DNA of 64,000 bases from Candidatus Thorarchaeota archaeon (GTDB lineage Archaea > Asgardarchaeota > Thorarchaeia > Thorarchaeales > Thorarchaeaceae). The notes below the pieces were generated by a model. That model was given only the letters and a program-made list of their open reading frames with translations, ran no database searches and had not been told where the DNA came from. Both the position numbers and the translations under genes were made by a program. Shown here one piece after another: positions 8,958-18,306 of the stretch (positions are counted from its first letter, which is position 1; every line of letters begins with the position of its first letter). Where the stretch lies: contig JAGSHN010000012.1 of the NCBI GenBank assembly GCA_029855935.1, positions 272,869 through 336,868 on the forward strand, written 5' to 3'.

Positions 8958-11027
8958 ATGACAACCGGCGAACAGCTCCAGTCGGAGGAACTCGTGGAGT
9001 CTGAGGACCTCATACCCGACACTCTGAGCACTCGCGTTCGAGAGGCACTTCTAGCCCTGCCCGGTGTCGTGGCCCGCAGGGCGAGAAGCTTCGTGGGGCG
9101 AGTCGGAGCTGCTCTCCTGCGTGGGCTACGTGGCCTTGTCGCAATCCTCAGGGACCCCCGGGCTGCCGTATCACGCGCTAGGGAGCGTCTTCATGCCTCC
9201 GTACGTTCTCTGAGGCAGGAGCTGGACACGATGTCAATTGCCCAGTTGGTGGGTGTCGTCGGAGTCTTTGGCCTGTTCCTCGTGGCCCCTCTTTTGAGCG
9301 TCGTGCACTTCTCATTCACCGACCCTCATACGGGGTCCCCCACCCTCGCGCATTTTGTGCGTCTCTTCAGTGACACCAACATCTGGCCCTGGTACTATGA
9401 TGCCGTCAACCAACGATGGGAGTTCTTCATAGACCTACGGACTGTCCAGTTCGCACACGGTGTTCTCACGATTCAGGGCTGGGACTTTGGAGCCATCATC
9501 AACTCCATCTATGTGGCAATCATTGTGACTATATTCTCTGTCCTGCTCGGCGTATTCTTCGCCTTTGTCATCGCCAGATATGACTTTCCGGGCAAGTCAG
9601 TTGTACGCACCGTTCTCATCTTTCCGATTCTCGCGACACCCTTCGTTGGTGCAATCGGAGTGAGATATTTCCTTGGTCTCAATGGCTTCTTCAACAACCT
9701 GTTCTACACTCATCTCGGATGGTGGCCCTTTGCCATCGAGCTTCGTGGGCTGGCCGCGATCATATTCATTCAGTCCCTCTCTTTCTTCTCTCTCGTATAC
9801 CTTAATGCCTACTCGTCATTCATGAGTATTGATCCTTCACTAGAGGAGCAGGCCGAGAACCTGGGGGCAAGAGGGTTCAAGCTGTTCCGAACTATCACCC
9901 TTCCTCTTGCGATGCCCGGAATCCAGGCTGGCGCAATACTGACGTTCATCCTCAGCATCGAGGACCTAGGAACGCCTCTCGTCTACTACGACGACCCACA
10001 GGCACGGAAGACACTTGCCTTTCAGGTCTTCTCTAGCATCGCAACACAGTCCGGCACAATAGACCCGAAGGGGCCTGCCATAGGGATAATCCTGCTGGTC
10101 TTCGCCCTCATCGGTTTCCTCGTGATTCGCAAGTACGCATCTCTGCGTTCATACGAGGCCGGTACCAAGGGTGGTCAGTGGAATCCACGTACTCGTCCTC
10201 TGAGTATCCCGGCCACGGTCCTGCTCTACGTCCTGCTCATCCCATCACTCTTCCTCGCTCTCATACCACAGATTAGCGTCATAGTCCTGTCTCTTGCGAA
10301 GGAATGGCCCACAACATCGCCACTGCCCTCTGTCTGGACACTAGACAACTATCAAGTATTGTGGGCCTATCAGGATGTCACCCGGTCAATCACACTGACG
10401 CTACTGTACGGTGCCGTGGCCACGGTAATCATCGTGCTACTGGGCACCAGTGCCGCGTATCTCATCGCACGTACGGACATCCCTGGAAAGACCGCGCTTG
10501 ACCTGCTTGTCACATCACCAATCGCCCTTCCAGGTATTGTGATTGCCACCGGGTATTTCACACTCTTCTACAACTCAATCTTCTTCCCACCTGGTGCTCC
10601 CGCATTCCTCATAACGATGTCATATACGGTGCGTAAGTTCCCGTTCACTGTGAGGGCAGCGTACGCAGGGCTTCTGTCGACACCTGTGGTGTTGGAGGAG
10701 GCCTCTATGAACCTTGGCGCCACCAAGAATCAGACGTTCTTCAAGATTACTATGCCCCTGATTGGTGTGAGTGTTCTTGCTGGCTCTCTGCTGTCATTTG
10801 TCTATTCTGTCAGCGAGGTCAGCACTAGCCTGATACTCGGCAGCGTGGGCCGTGAGCAGGCACCTATGACGTTCTGGACATACGAGGTATTGCGTCTTGG
10901 TGGGACAATGGGCGGCTACTTCCACGCAGCCTGTCTGGGCGTCCTGATGATGGCGCTACAGATGGCGGTAATTACAATTACCAACAAGATACTTGGTGCA
11001 AGATCCTCAGCAATCACTGGCATATGA
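8958..11027 (+). CDS. ABC transporter permease, fused double-domain (FbpB/ThiP-like), with roughly 90-aa cytoplasmic N-terminal extension
   Basis: 689 aa with about 12 predicted TM segments in two repeated halves. EAA-like loops (LEEQAENLGARGFKLFRTITLPLAMPG; LEEASMNLGATKNQTFFKITMPL). An alternative start at about 9231 (MSIAQLVGVVGVF) is possible. Confidence 0.75.
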   Translation: MTTGEQLQSEELVESEDLIPDTLSTRVREALLALPGVVARRARSFVGRVGAALLRGLRGLVAILRDPRAAVSRARERLHASVRSLRQELDTMSIAQLVGVVGVFGLFLVAPLLSVVHFSFTDPHTGSPTLAHFVRLFSDTNIWPWYYDAVNQRWEFFIDLRTVQFAHGVLTIQGWDFGAIINSIYVAIIVTIFSVLLGVFFAFVIARYDFPGKSVVRTVLIFPILATPFVGAIGVRYFLGLNGFFNNLFYTHLGWWPFAIELRGLAAIIFIQSLSFFSLVYLNAYSSFMSIDPSLEEQAENLGARGFKLFRTITLPLAMPGIQAGAILTFILSIEDLGTPLVYYDDPQARKTLAFQVFSSIATQSGTIDPKGPAIGIILLVFALIGFLVIRKYASLRSYEAGTKGGQWNPRTRPLSIPATVLLYVLLIPSLFLALIPQISVIVLSLAKEWPTTSPLPSVWTLDNYQVLWAYQDVTRSITLTLLYGAVATVIIVLLGTSAAYLIARTDIPGKTALDLLVTSPIALPGIVIATGYFTLFYNSIFFPPGAPAFLITMSYTVRKFPFTVRAAYAGLLSTPVVLEEASMNLGATKNQTFFKITMPLIGVSVLAGSLLSFVYSVSEVSTSLILGSVGREQAPMTFWTYEVLRLGGTMGGYFHAACLGVLMMALQMAVITITNKILGARSSAITGI

Positions 11028-11028
11028 G

Positions 11029-12198
11029 GTGTTAATCTTGGTTGAGATACGGCTGGAGAACCTTCGAAAGACCTTTGGAGATGTTGTGGCGACGGACCAG
11101 GTCAACATAGTCCTAGCAGAGGGTGAGCTCTCGACGCTCCTTGGTCCCTCGGGCTGTGGGAAGACCACCCTTCTGCGTCTGATTGCAGGTTTCTACAAGC
11201 CAGACTCAGGGCGGATATACTTTGACGACCGCGATGTGACCAATCTCCCCCCATACAGGCGCAACACAGGCATGTGCTTCCAGAACTATGCACTCTGGCC
11301 TCATATGTCAGTGTACGACAACATCGCCTACGGTCTGAGACTAAAACGCATCAACGGTATGAAGTACACAAAGGCTGCGATTGACAGGCGTGTCAAGGAG
11401 GTCGTCGAGCTTGTGCGCCTCAAGGGTCTGGAGGACAGACACATCCATCAGCTCTCGGGTGGCCAGCAGCAGCGTGTCGCTCTAGCCCGGGCGCTTGTTG
11501 TCGAGCCCGACGTGCTACTCCTCGACGAACCACTTTCGAACCTCGATGCAAAGCTGAGGATGGAGATGCGTGAAGAGATCATTCGCATCCAGAAGGAGCT
11601 ACGCATCACGACCGTGTACGTCACCCATGACCAGCACGAGGCATTGAGCATCTCTGACAAGGTGGCCGTGATGGACCACGGCTACATTCAGCAGTTCGGC
11701 CCGCCCCGAGAGATCTACGCTAACCCACAGACGATCTTTGTTGCAGACTTCATCGGCCGGTGCACGTTCATCGACGGAGTCATCAAGTCAATCGGTTCCC
11801 ACATCGAGGTCAGACTTCCGAATGGCCAGACTGCTCACGGCAGGGCCACGATCCAGGGTTATCCGTTTGAGATTGGTGAGAAGGTGAAGTGTGCCATCCG
11901 TCCGGAGTCCCTTCATCTGCAGAGACACACCCCTGAGGACAACGAGATTACGGGCACCGTTGTCCGTACAATCTATGTCGGTACTGCTGTTGAGGTCTAC
12001 TTCCAGATCGGTGAGATTCACGCTGAGGCGCTTCTGGGACCAGACACAGATGTGTCGCCGGGGGAAGAGATCACATTGTATGCACGACCGACTGAGGTCA
12101 TGGTGCTGCCACTGGGCGGTGTGGAGGCACTCAAGAAAGTACCTGGCCATCCGCTCTTCAGATCATCAACCTCTACTGCGACGGCTGTGAGTGCCTGA
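11029..12198 (+). CDS. ABC transporter ATP-binding protein (PotA/FbpC/ModC type with C-terminal TOBE domain)
   Basis: Walker A GPSGCGKTT, signature LSGGQQQRVALARAL, Walker B LLLDEPLSNLD. The ORF finder's ATG at 10993 overlaps the permease; a GTG/TTG start at about 11029-11038 is more likely. Confidence 0.9.
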   Translation: MLILVEIRLENLRKTFGDVVATDQVNIVLAEGELSTLLGPSGCGKTTLLRLIAGFYKPDSGRIYFDDRDVTNLPPYRRNTGMCFQNYALWPHMSVYDNIAYGLRLKRINGMKYTKAAIDRRVKEVVELVRLKGLEDRHIHQLSGGQQQRVALARALVVEPDVLLLDEPLSNLDAKLRMEMREEIIRIQKELRITTVYVTHDQHEALSISDKVAVMDHGYIQQFGPPREIYANPQTIFVADFIGRCTFIDGVIKSIGSHIEVRLPNGQTAHGRATIQGYPFEIGEKVKCAIRPESLHLQRHTPEDNEITGTVVRTIYVGTAVEVYFQIGEIHAEALLGPDTDVSPGEEITLYARPTEVMVLPLGGVEALKKVPGHPLFRSSTSTATAVSA

Positions 12199-14212
12199 TC
12201 GTCACAGCGACTCCCCGGTCGAGCGTCAGCATCTCCTCCCCTGTAAGCAGGGCACGTCCCACAGCAAGTATAGTACCTCCCTCGTCCGTGACGAGGACCT
12301 CCTCCCCTGCCCTTAGTTCTGGGCTCGCGTTCTTCACGAACTTGGCGAGGGCCGACCTGCCCTCTGCGACGAAGGGAGCCGCCTCATCATTCACGGCTAC
12401 ATAGTATCTCTCCGGGAGTCCCATATCCTCCAGCGCCAACCCCCCCTCGTACGTGGGGATCAGCAGTCCTGTCATAGGCATCATTGTGAAGAGGATGTCC
12501 TCCCCCTCCCTGATGTAGCGAATCTTTCCCGTTGCTCGCGACAGTTCAACGTTCCACTGTTCGAGCCTGCCGGTGTCACTGATGCCCCATTGATACGTGA
12601 ATAGCGCACGGAGCTTTCTGAGTGTCCATGCTCTGTGCCGTACTCCGGAGGCGGTCTTGGTCACGTGTTCTGTGACCTCCGCCGCAGTTTCCAGGGGCGT
12701 CATGGTCAGCACCTCCGATACAGCCTCGAAGAGAACCTGGGTCGGAGCGCTTCTTGCGAACCACACTACCTCGTCCGCCTCGATGGTTGTCAGGACCTCA
12801 AGGGCTCTCTCGCGTACCGTGTTCAGCGTGTCCGCGTCAAGGTATCTTGGGAAGACCGACTGCTGGACGGGATGAACATGTTCGAACTCCCACGGTACTG
12901 CGCCAAAGGGTGTCAGGTAGACGACAATGAGGCGCTCTGGGGTGGTACGCTTGACGAGGTCAACAACCGTGGGAGTAGTCTCCGCAAAGGGTGTATCTGC
13001 GAGGTGCGGCACAACTATGACGGTCTCTGTTCTCCTATAGGGGTAGGATGTCATTATCCTGTCGTGTAGCCGATAGTACACTGGAAGATGTGCTGTTTCC
13101 GGGCCAGTATAGAACACTGATGTCGTTGTTCCCACAGGATGAGACCTCTCAATCTGATCAGCACGGTGCAGTAGTGTCTGGAGCGCATCGTATAGGCTTG
13201 GATGCGATCTTGCCCGTGCCGAAGCGAGCTGCAACAACTCCCCCTCAGCGATTGCCTGCCGGATGCGTCGCATCTCGGCACTTGTGACGTAGAGGTTGTG
13301 TCTCATGATTGCTGAGCGTCTCTCGCTCTTGTTCGTTCGTTTCAGCTCTTCTACGGTGGTCGAGCTACAGACTGGACAGTCACACGGAAGCTCCCGCAGG
13401 TCTTTGAGATGAACTGTTCCGCTGGTTAGCATCAATCTATCGTCATCGGCGAACTTGGCATAAGACGCTGAGTCAAACAGATCGCATCCGAGCGCCGTCG
13501 CCAGCGCGAGAAACATCGGATGCCCACACCCGAAGAGATGCACTGGCCGGTCTGGTGGGAGGTGCCTCTTTGCTGCAAGTGTCACCCTGACAACATCGGA
13601 GTATCGATACTGCTCCATCAGAGGCACCACGCCCCCGATTGGATGGACGTCAAAGTCGAGCTGGGCGAGCCGCCTCGCCGACATCTCCCTAAGGTCTGTA
13701 TAGACCCCTCCCTGGACGGTACCTGCAAGAAGCATATCGCCCTTCTCCGGTACGGACATCTCTCCGCGTTTCAGGGATGTGAGCACGTCGTGCTCGACCT
13801 GCTGGCGTCCCACGTCTGGTGCCGAGAACACGTCAAGGATGGTGCCCACATCAGAGCCAATGTCGCGCTGAAAACGCACGATCTCCAGCGGGTCTATCTC
13901 CTCTGACGGGAGGTCGTGAAAGTACATCTGGAAGGTCCCCGAGTCCGTCATGACGGGTCCCTCGAAGTCGAGCAGACCGTGGACACCTCTCTTCAGCGCG
14001 GTCTCGCGCAGCTCCTCTCGCCGACTGATGATGTACGAGTTTGTTATCACCATCTGGAAACCGAACTCGGATACCAGCTCCGCGGGTGCTATCTCTGAGC
14101 GACCGGGGTGAATGACGGGCATTAGTAATGGTGTAGTGACTGTCCCGTGTCGCGTCCTGAACTTCCCTATCCTTGCGAGTCCGTCTTTGGTCTTTATCTC
14201 AAAGTCGCTCAT
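12173..14212 (-). CDS. tgtA: Archaeosine tRNA-guanine transglycosylase (ArcTGT) with C-terminal PUA domain
   Basis: 679 aa; TGT catalytic core (RTRHGTVTTPLLMPV...DSGTFQ), Zn site CDCPVC, long C-terminal extension ending in a PUA-like domain. Converges with and overlaps the ABC ATPase 3' end by 26 nt. Confidence 0.9.
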   Translation of the reverse strand: MSDFEIKTKDGLARIGKFRTRHGTVTTPLLMPVIHPGRSEIAPAELVSEFGFQMVITNSYIISRREELRETALKRGVHGLLDFEGPVMTDSGTFQMYFHDLPSEEIDPLEIVRFQRDIGSDVGTILDVFSAPDVGRQQVEHDVLTSLKRGEMSVPEKGDMLLAGTVQGGVYTDLREMSARRLAQLDFDVHPIGGVVPLMEQYRYSDVVRVTLAAKRHLPPDRPVHLFGCGHPMFLALATALGCDLFDSASYAKFADDDRLMLTSGTVHLKDLRELPCDCPVCSSTTVEELKRTNKSERRSAIMRHNLYVTSAEMRRIRQAIAEGELLQLASARARSHPSLYDALQTLLHRADQIERSHPVGTTTSVFYTGPETAHLPVYYRLHDRIMTSYPYRRTETVIVVPHLADTPFAETTPTVVDLVKRTTPERLIVVYLTPFGAVPWEFEHVHPVQQSVFPRYLDADTLNTVRERALEVLTTIEADEVVWFARSAPTQVLFEAVSEVLTMTPLETAAEVTEHVTKTASGVRHRAWTLRKLRALFTYQWGISDTGRLEQWNVELSRATGKIRYIREGEDILFTMMPMTGLLIPTYEGGLALEDMGLPERYYVAVNDEAAPFVAEGRSALAKFVKNASPELRAGEEVLVTDEGGTILAVGRALLTGEEMLTLDRGVAVTIRHSQPSQ

Positions 14213-14300
14213 TCACGGCACCTCTACGTCGTGGCGGACCGAGCAGGCTGGATAGTTGAGCGTTGTCAGTGTGTTCACTAATCGAACTCCTTAAGACAGT

Positions 14301-15626
14301 ATGCCTCGTCGTGGGTCTTTGATGAACGGAGAGCGAGCACTTCTTGTGCAGAGTCGTGGTCCATCCGATCCGGACCTGATGGACGAGTTTGTGGCTCTCG
14401 CAGAGAGTGCTGGGTACTCCGTTATCGGGACAATCGACGTGGTCGGATCCGGATCCGCCCGTTTCGGTATCAGTCGCGGCAAGGTTGAGGAGATTGGCCT
14501 GTGGATCGAGGTCAACTCCCCGGACGTGGTACTGTTCTCTCCCGTTCTGAAGTCAAGTCAGATGTATCGTCTGATGGAGGCCTGGGACATTGAGGTCCGC
14601 GACCGCACTCAGGTCATTCTTGAGATATTTGACCGACACGCGAGGACGCTGCAGGCAAAGTTGCAGATTGAGGAGGCTCGTCTGCGGTACGAGCTGCCAT
14701 TCATACGCCATCAGCTAAGGATGCGTCTGCAACGTGAGCACACGGGGGCCCGGCCTGTGGGTGAGCAGATTGGCGCGGGAGAGGACCTGCTGAATCTTCG
14801 AGTGATGGAGATTCGCCGTAGGATAGCCAGGATTCGCTCGAAGCTCGACAAGATAGAGAGGGCACAACAGCTGAAGAAGAAGAGTAGGTCGAAGAGCGGG
14901 TTCCTCGAGGTCGCCCTTGCCGGATACACCAATGCGGGGAAGAGCACTCTGCACCGTGCGCTGACAGGCTCATCTGTCGAGGTGGCCGACAAGCTCTTCA
15001 CGACGTTGGGCACAAAGGCGGCACTGCTCAGAGGACTTGACAGACCTGTTGTCCTCAACGACTCTGTTGGATTCATAAGTGACCTGCCGCCGTCGCTGCT
15101 CAAGGCATTCAACACGACCCTGATGGAGATTGCAGATGCCGACGTGGTCGTGCTGGTCATAGATGGCTCTGACCCAGTTGATGAGGTACGGAGAAAGACC
15201 GTGACCTGTCTCGACACCTTCCGAGAGATCGGGGCCAACGGAATTCCGATTGTCGGGGCGCTCAACAAGGTTGACCTCGTGACGCAGGACGAGGCCGATG
15301 CAAAGACTAGGGCTCTTGATGACCTGATCGACACCCTCGTGCCAATCTCCGCCAAGACCCGTCTGGGCCTAGAGCAGCTGCTCAAAGAAGTCGAGGCACA
15401 TCTGCCGCCTGTGACACGCTACCGTGTCCTCCTACCCTACGGTCACGAGGGGATGTCTCTACTATCGTGGGTCCACGACAACGCACGAGTTGTCTCCGAG
15501 CAGTTCAACAGTGGCGGGATTGAGATAGAGGTCGACCTCTCCTACGACCTCGCGCGACGTCTGCTCAAGACATTGCCAGTGGGATCTCTCCAGAGAGTAG
15601 ACAGTGAAATTCAGCCAATTGACTGA
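14301..15626 (+). CDS. hflX: GTPase HflX
   Basis: 441 aa; HflX N-domain followed by a G domain with LAGYTNAGKSTL (G1), DSVGFI (G3), NKVDL (G4). Confidence 0.9.
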   Translation: MPRRGSLMNGERALLVQSRGPSDPDLMDEFVALAESAGYSVIGTIDVVGSGSARFGISRGKVEEIGLWIEVNSPDVVLFSPVLKSSQMYRLMEAWDIEVRDRTQVILEIFDRHARTLQAKLQIEEARLRYELPFIRHQLRMRLQREHTGARPVGEQIGAGEDLLNLRVMEIRRRIARIRSKLDKIERAQQLKKKSRSKSGFLEVALAGYTNAGKSTLHRALTGSSVEVADKLFTTLGTKAALLRGLDRPVVLNDSVGFISDLPPSLLKAFNTTLMEIADADVVVLVIDGSDPVDEVRRKTVTCLDTFREIGANGIPIVGALNKVDLVTQDEADAKTRALDDLIDTLVPISAKTRLGLEQLLKEVEAHLPPVTRYRVLLPYGHEGMSLLSWVHDNARVVSEQFNSGGIEIEVDLSYDLARRLLKTLPVGSLQRVDSEIQPID

Positions 15627-15840
15627 GTGACGCGCTCTCTTCATCCCACCCTATCAGCAATATTCAATCGGAAACACATAAAGCAAGGGCACTCCGACCG
15701 AGGACAGGACTGCAAAGGAGTATGAGACTCTGCCGACCAGCCAACTGGAACAACTGCTAGAGAGTGGACACTTCGTCATCACATGCGAGGTCCCCGCACC
15801 ACGCGGATGCAACGTTGACACGTTTCTCTCTCGAGTCCGG

Positions 15841-16665
15841 TTGGTCCAACCCTACTGTCACGCCATCAACGTCACGGACAATGTCGGTGCCACTCCATCG
15901 ATGGACGCACTCGCTGCAGCCCATCTTGTTCTTGATGCGGGTGTCGAGCCCATCCTTCAGATCTCCGGTCGTGACCGCAACAGAATCGCCCTTCAGAGTC
16001 TGCTCTATGGTGCCGCGGCGCTCGGTGTGCGTAACTTGCTATTCATCACTGGCGACTATCCGGATCTCGCCACGCATCCGCACGCGAAGCCTGTCTTCGA
16101 CTACGACTCCGTGGAGGCTCTGAGGATTGCATCGACGCTGATGGGCGGGGTGGACATCAGCGGTGCTGAGATTGATGGCGCACCACAGTTCTTTCTTGGC
16201 TCCACCTTCAATCCCTGCGGCGAGCCGTACGACCTTCACCTCATGCGGCTCAGGATGAAGTATGAGACTGGAGCGCGATTCTTCCAGACTCAGGCAATCT
16301 TTGACATCAAGAGGTTTGCAGACTTCATGACCCATGTTCGTCCGCTTGATGTCTGGGTAATAGCAGGTGCAATGTTTCTCCGCAGCCTGGAGGTGGCTGA
16401 GGCGCTCGCAGCGTTCCCGGGAGTCCGTATCCCCCGGGAGGTCATCTACCGACTTGGAAGGGCAGGTCGGGGCATTGACGACGAGGAGGAGCGACTGGCG
16501 GCCGAGGCCGAGGAGGGGATGCGGATTGCTGTGGAAACCGTCAGAGCGCTGGCAGAAGTCCCAGGTGTCAGTGGCATTCATATCATGAGTGTTGGCTGGG
16601 TAGATGCAATCCCCGATGTCCTCTCGGAGGCCGGCCTCGTGTCCGCGGTGACAAACAGGAGGTGA
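15841..16665 (+). CDS. metF: Methylenetetrahydrofolate reductase (MetF/MTHFR family); conserved N-terminus appears to lie upstream (open frame from 15682) without a canonical start
   Basis: Matches the MetF core (HAINVTDN...ISGRDRNRIALQSLLYGAAALGVRNLLFITGDYP). The in-frame upstream stretch EQLLESGHFVITCEVPAPRG corresponds to the conserved first beta-strand but contains no ATG/GTG/TTG. The TTG at 15841 is the first start-like codon. Confidence 0.75.
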   Translation: MVQPYCHAINVTDNVGATPSMDALAAAHLVLDAGVEPILQISGRDRNRIALQSLLYGAAALGVRNLLFITGDYPDLATHPHAKPVFDYDSVEALRIASTLMGGVDISGAEIDGAPQFFLGSTFNPCGEPYDLHLMRLRMKYETGARFFQTQAIFDIKRFADFMTHVRPLDVWVIAGAMFLRSLEVAEALAAFPGVRIPREVIYRLGRAGRGIDDEEERLAAEAEEGMRIAVETVRALAEVPGVSGIHIMSVGWVDAIPDVLSEAGLVSAVTNRR

Positions 16666-16669
16666 AACG

Positions 16670-17587
16670 GTGTTCATATTTCGGCAGAAGCAGCAAGTCT
16701 TCGACTTTGGCGGGATCCGGATTGGTGGGCAGCCTGGCGAGAACCCGACGGTGCTGATAGGAGGGCTGTTCTTCAAGGGCCAAGAGGTGGTGGAGAACAC
16801 ACGGGAGGGCCGGTTTGACGCCGCCCTAGCTGCTCAGTGGTTGTCGCAGGCGCAGGAGATGTCCGAGAGAACCGGTCATCCCCTGATGATACAGATCTAT
16901 GGACGCACACCCATAGCGATGGAGCGTCATCTCTCGTGGCTGGCCGACAACTTTGATGGACCATTCCTCTTCGAATCAATCAATGCGCGTGCGAGGATCT
17001 ATGGGATAGAGTATTGTGATGAGAGGGGCCTTGTAGACCGCGCGGTCTACAACAGTGTCAATCTCTCTATGACCTCCGAGGAACGTGAAAGACTGTCCGA
17101 GTCGTCCATCGACAAGGCTGTCGTCTTGGGATGGTCCCCTCGGGCGACCTCTCTTGCAGAGCGGATGGAGACAGTCGAGTCAATGGTGAGTGAGGCACGG
17201 CGACTGGGTATGAAAAAGATTCTTGTTGACCCGGGGACGCTCCCGGTCGGGGCTGGCTACGGTCTCGAATACCGTACCGTGCTTGCCATAAAGTCCGAAC
17301 TCGGACTACCCACTAGCCTTGGACCACACAATGCTCCGGCCTCGTGGAGGTTCATCCGTCAGCAGGCCCTAGACACGGAGGTGATCAGGCTGACGACCAG
17401 TGTTGCAGCCACCGTGGTGGCTCAGGTACTGGCCACCGATGCCCTAATGTACGGTTCTCTCGCGAACAGCAGAGCCGTGTTCGCATCTGTGGCACTGGTG
17501 GGAAACGCCATTGCTGCAGCTGCGGCAGAGGCCCACTATGCAGCTGGACTGGACACATCACTCTTTGAACCACCAACATATGACTAG
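16670..17587 (+). CDS. MtrH-like methyltransferase (methyl-tetrahydromethanopterin/tetrahydrofolate:corrinoid methyltransferase, paralog 1)
   Basis: 305 aa; N-terminal MFIFRQKQQVFDFGGIRIGGQPGENPTVLIGGLFF parallels the MtrH consensus MFKFDKEQ.V.DI.GVK.GGQPGE.PTVL.G.IF. Pterin-binding (DHPS-like) fold. Confidence 0.75.
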   Translation: MFIFRQKQQVFDFGGIRIGGQPGENPTVLIGGLFFKGQEVVENTREGRFDAALAAQWLSQAQEMSERTGHPLMIQIYGRTPIAMERHLSWLADNFDGPFLFESINARARIYGIEYCDERGLVDRAVYNSVNLSMTSEERERLSESSIDKAVVLGWSPRATSLAERMETVESMVSEARRLGMKKILVDPGTLPVGAGYGLEYRTVLAIKSELGLPTSLGPHNAPASWRFIRQQALDTEVIRLTTSVAATVVAQVLATDALMYGSLANSRAVFASVALVGNAIAAAAAEAHYAAGLDTSLFEPPTYD

Positions 17588-17592
17588 GAGGA

Positions 17593-18303
17593 ATGCGAGC
17601 ACTCTTGAGCAGAGAATCAGGACCAGAGCGTCAGTGGCCACCCGCCCCCGGAGACTATGAGGTCGGCGATCCACTGCTCCCCGTGGCGATATGTACACTG
17701 GGCAAGAAGATCTCTGTGCCCTCGAAGTATGCCATCATTGGGACCTGCAAGACAGAGAACATAGGTATCGAGAGAGTGATAGTCAACATAGTCTCCAACC
17801 CGAACATTCGCTATCTGATTCTCGCGGGGCCTGAGGTCCCGGGTCACAGAACTGGCTCAACACTGAGGAGCCTGTATGACCACGGTGTCGACCCCCACAC
17901 ACGGAGAGTTCTGAATGCACCCGGTGCGATACCATATGTAGAGAACGTTCCTCTTGAGGCCGTCGAACGCTTCAGGGAGCAGATTGAGCTGGTTGATATG
18001 ATGAACGTGTCAGACCCAGAACGTATCGCTCGACAGGCGGAGGATCTTCTCTCGAGAGGCGCGGAGCCCTTCCCCAAGCCACCCATCTGGGTCGACTTTG
18101 GCCATGCGAAACGGGAGCGTCGCGGCAAACAGCCGAGCGGAGATGTCTGGGTCATCCCGGAATACGGTGTGTCAATCGATCCCGCGACCTCTGTCATAGG
18201 ACGTGGAGCACCGTCTGCGACCGTCCCTGTCGGCAAGGGTCATGTCGTCGTCGAGGTGATCTCCGAAGACGGGGGAACAGTACTCTTCACGAGGGAGGAA
18301 TGA
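17593..18303 (+). CDS. MtrA-like corrinoid-binding protein, soluble (no C-terminal membrane anchor)
   Basis: 236 aa; GDYEVGDP, GTCKTENIGIERVIVNIVSNPNIRYLILAGPEVPGHRTG, GVDPHTRRVLNAPGAIPYVENVPLEAVERFREQ align closely with methanogen MtrA (KTENLGIEKV...NPNIRFL...GH.TGQ...GAPGAIPF.EN...EAVERF). The C-terminus is hydrophilic. Confidence 0.75.
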   Translation: MRALLSRESGPERQWPPAPGDYEVGDPLLPVAICTLGKKISVPSKYAIIGTCKTENIGIERVIVNIVSNPNIRYLILAGPEVPGHRTGSTLRSLYDHGVDPHTRRVLNAPGAIPYVENVPLEAVERFREQIELVDMMNVSDPERIARQAEDLLSRGAEPFPKPPIWVDFGHAKRERRGKQPSGDVWVIPEYGVSIDPATSVIGRGAPSATVPVGKGHVVVEVISEDGGTVLFTREE

Positions 18304-18306
18304 CGG

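Noticed and set aside
14711-15385. 224-aa minus-strand ORF rich in Ser/Arg/Thr
   Set aside because: Low-complexity antisense frame entirely inside the well-supported hflX gene.
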